This document shows positions 61,529 through 64,000 of a DNA stretch of 64,000 bases, piece after piece (the stretch's first letter is position 1; the number at the start of each line of letters is the position of its first letter). The DNA is taken from positions 6,138,001 through 6,202,000 of the forward strand of contig NC_043026.1 in assembly GCF_006345805.1 (NCBI RefSeq), in the 5' to 3' direction. Under the pieces are notes generated by a model, which was given only the letters and a program-made list of their open reading frames with translations, had not been told where the DNA came from and did no database searches. Source of the DNA: Octopus sinensis. Its lineage: Eukaryota. A program made the position numbers and the translations under genes.

Positions 61529-64000
61529 TGCAAGCACCGTTGTTGTTGAGCACCATCCATACCAAGATGACCACCACCACTGAGCACGTGTCAGCTATTG
61601 TCACCGAATAAAGTTTCCACATTAACCTTTAGATCCGAAATTCTTCTCTTCTGGTTCTCTTTCTTCTCTGGAGATGGGTTGAATTGCTGTTCCAAAGACA
61701 GCACCATCCTCATCATTTAACACACTCCTTCCATGTTGGTGTAGCAAGTCATAAAAGACGGCAATATGACGTAACGGTCGTTTGCCCGAACAAGCATAAT
61801 TGTTGGTAATCCCATTGGTTAGAATTACTGCCCATATACGAATTCTAAACTTTTGTCAAAGAATTCTTTCACGAAATACAGTTCTTAGAACTTGGATATG
61901 AGCAGTTATAAAACCCCTGACTTTTTGGGAAATTACTCAATGATCGTAGGATGTTACTAAACTCCACGACACTCACTCTTTGAGATATTGGCTATTTTTT
62001 TATGCCACGTCTGTGACTTAAATCCAAGACTTATTTGAATTGTAACGAACTCTAGTAGTTAGTACGAAGGATTAACTAGTGTGAATTTTAAGTCATAATT
62101 ATCTACAACAAAATTACTTTACTTTCCAATTGTACCGTAAATGCTAAATGTACATAAATAAAATAATGTAGTAATTATTTTCTCTTTCTTCACTTTCTTC
62201 AGCTTGTTAATGGAATTTATTTCTGCAATTATGAAACTGTGTATTTTTTTATAGCGCTTAAAAGAACACAAATTTATTTATCTTCAACATACATGCACAC
62301 ATAAAATGTCCATTAGCGTTTCAGAGAATATATTTCTCACTATGGCATTTATGTAGCAGGAGTCCGGATTTATGTATAATGATAACACTTGACACTTATA
62401 AGTAAGTTATAAGTGACGGGTTTATCAATATATATTCCTACTTCAAAAGTAAAATATATTTATAATCTATTTCCAGATAGGAAATGTATAAATGTAGTGT
62501 TACACAAATAGTAAACAAACTGGCTATACTGGCCTGGGTTGGACAGGACATGGTCAGCAGGAGTCTGCACCAAGCCTCAGTGCCTGTTTTGGCAGAGTTT
62601 TTACTGGATGCCCTTGCTAACATCAACCACTCAGCAGAGTGGACTTTGTGCTTTTTACATGGCCCCAGCACAGGCAAGATCAGTTTTTGCATAGTTTTTT
62701 TTTTTTTTACAACTGGGCGCTGTTCTAAACGCCAACCACTTCACAGTGCGGACTGGAAGCTTTTTAAATGGCACCTACACTGACAGGGTCACCAAGGGAC
62801 TTGCAAGACAAAGATCCTTTGAAAGGAGAGAGAGGGGGCATTGGCGGAGAAGATCTTGTGTCAGATGAGGAAAATTGAGACAGAGGGATACGGAGACAGA
62901 AACAGGTGTCTAACTGTAGGTGTGTGTGTGTGTGTGTGTGTTCGTCCCCACGATAGAATAAGTACCAGGCTTAGAAAGAACAAGTCCTGGGGGGTCGATT
63001 TGCTCGATTAAAGGCGGTGCTCCAGCATGGCCACAGTCAAATGACTGAAACAAGTGAAAAAAGGAAAACAGAGTCAGTAAGGTGTTTAATTGTTTTCAGT
63101 TTCCATGTAAGACCAGCCGTGGTGGATATATAAAACTGTACATTTTGGACAATATATATTTACGCGTATTCATGTGCATATTTGTGCACAGAAGTGCATG
63201 AATTTGTGTCAGTCGGGTGTACGCACGTGAGTGAATGTATACTCTTTACTCTTTTACTTGTTTCAGTCATTTGACTGCGGCCATGCTGGAGCACCGCCTT
63301 TAGTCGACCAAATCGACCCCAGGACTTATTCTTTGTAAGCCCAGTACTTATTCTATCGGTCTCTTTTGCCGAACCGCTGAGTGACGGGGACGTAAACACA
63401 CCAGCATCGGTTGTCAAGCAATGCTAGGGGGACAAACACAGACACACACACTTATATATATATATACATATATACGACAGGCTTCTTTCAGTTTCCGTCT
63501 ACCAAATCCACTCACAAGGCATTGGTCGGCCCGGGGCTATAGCAGAAGACACTTGCCCAAGATGCCAGGCAGTGGGACTGAACCCGGAACCATGTGGTTG
63601 GTTAGCAAGCTACTTACCACACAGCCACTCCTGCGCCTATGTCAGTGATTATCAATTATTTACAAGAAATTCTCATTAAACATCACCAATAATTGACTGA
63701 TTCATGTACAAACAAATTCTGTAACGACTGATTAATTAAGTAAATTCAAGTGTATTAGTGTATAAATACATCTCGTTATGGTCTGCTTCACGGTAGAGAC
63801 ACAGCGTGATAGATATAAGGCTGCAGACACATACTGTGTGTATATATCAATGAGGCACATGGCTCAGTGGTTAGGGTATTTAGCATACCTTTCTCCTTCA
63901 CAAAACTCTGATTGCGAAGACCTGTTGGGGCAAGTGAAATCAAAATTGAATTCAAAATCGATCCAAATTCGACGACTGGAACCCATGCCAACCTCCCCTC

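Larger units (their letters stand above)
55900..63830. repeat. Outer inverted-repeat arm (gene D side)
   Basis: Reverse complement of the gene A region, interrupted by D-specific insertions. Confidence 0.9.

Overview
AT-rich, microsatellite- and SINE-dense eukaryotic DNA, most likely from an octopus or other coleoid cephalopod (inferred from the TGEKP-linked C2H2 gene and the SINE repertoire). The window holds one single-exon 9-finger C2H2 zinc-finger gene (1122-1940) and, from about 5.4 to 63.8 kb, four paralogous spliced genes arranged A(-) B(+) C(-) D(+). I reconstructed these by hand from GT-AG junctions. Each has five coding exons plus a probable non-coding first exon. Each encodes a 284-294 aa secreted protein: signal peptide, degenerate PAN/apple-like segment, and a Trp/Cys-containing C-terminal domain I cannot name. 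The cluster is built from nested inverted repeats and is a three-way mosaic: first-exon region pairs (A,B)(C,D), start of the first intron pairs (A,C)(B,D), and exons 3-4 pair (A,D)(B,C). There is also a sharp conversion-like tract in exon 2 and a paralogue-templated exon fragment inside gene B. A 100-N gap (36706-36805) is flanked by a probable false 3-kb duplication of the 3' half of gene C. The rest is tRNA-type SINEs, RTE, CR1, Tx1/L1 and R4/Dong-like LINE fragments (the last two sitting in specific microsatellites), Tc1/mariner relics, Helitron-like elements, MITEs and two minisatellites. No RNA genes or CRISPR arrays were seen.
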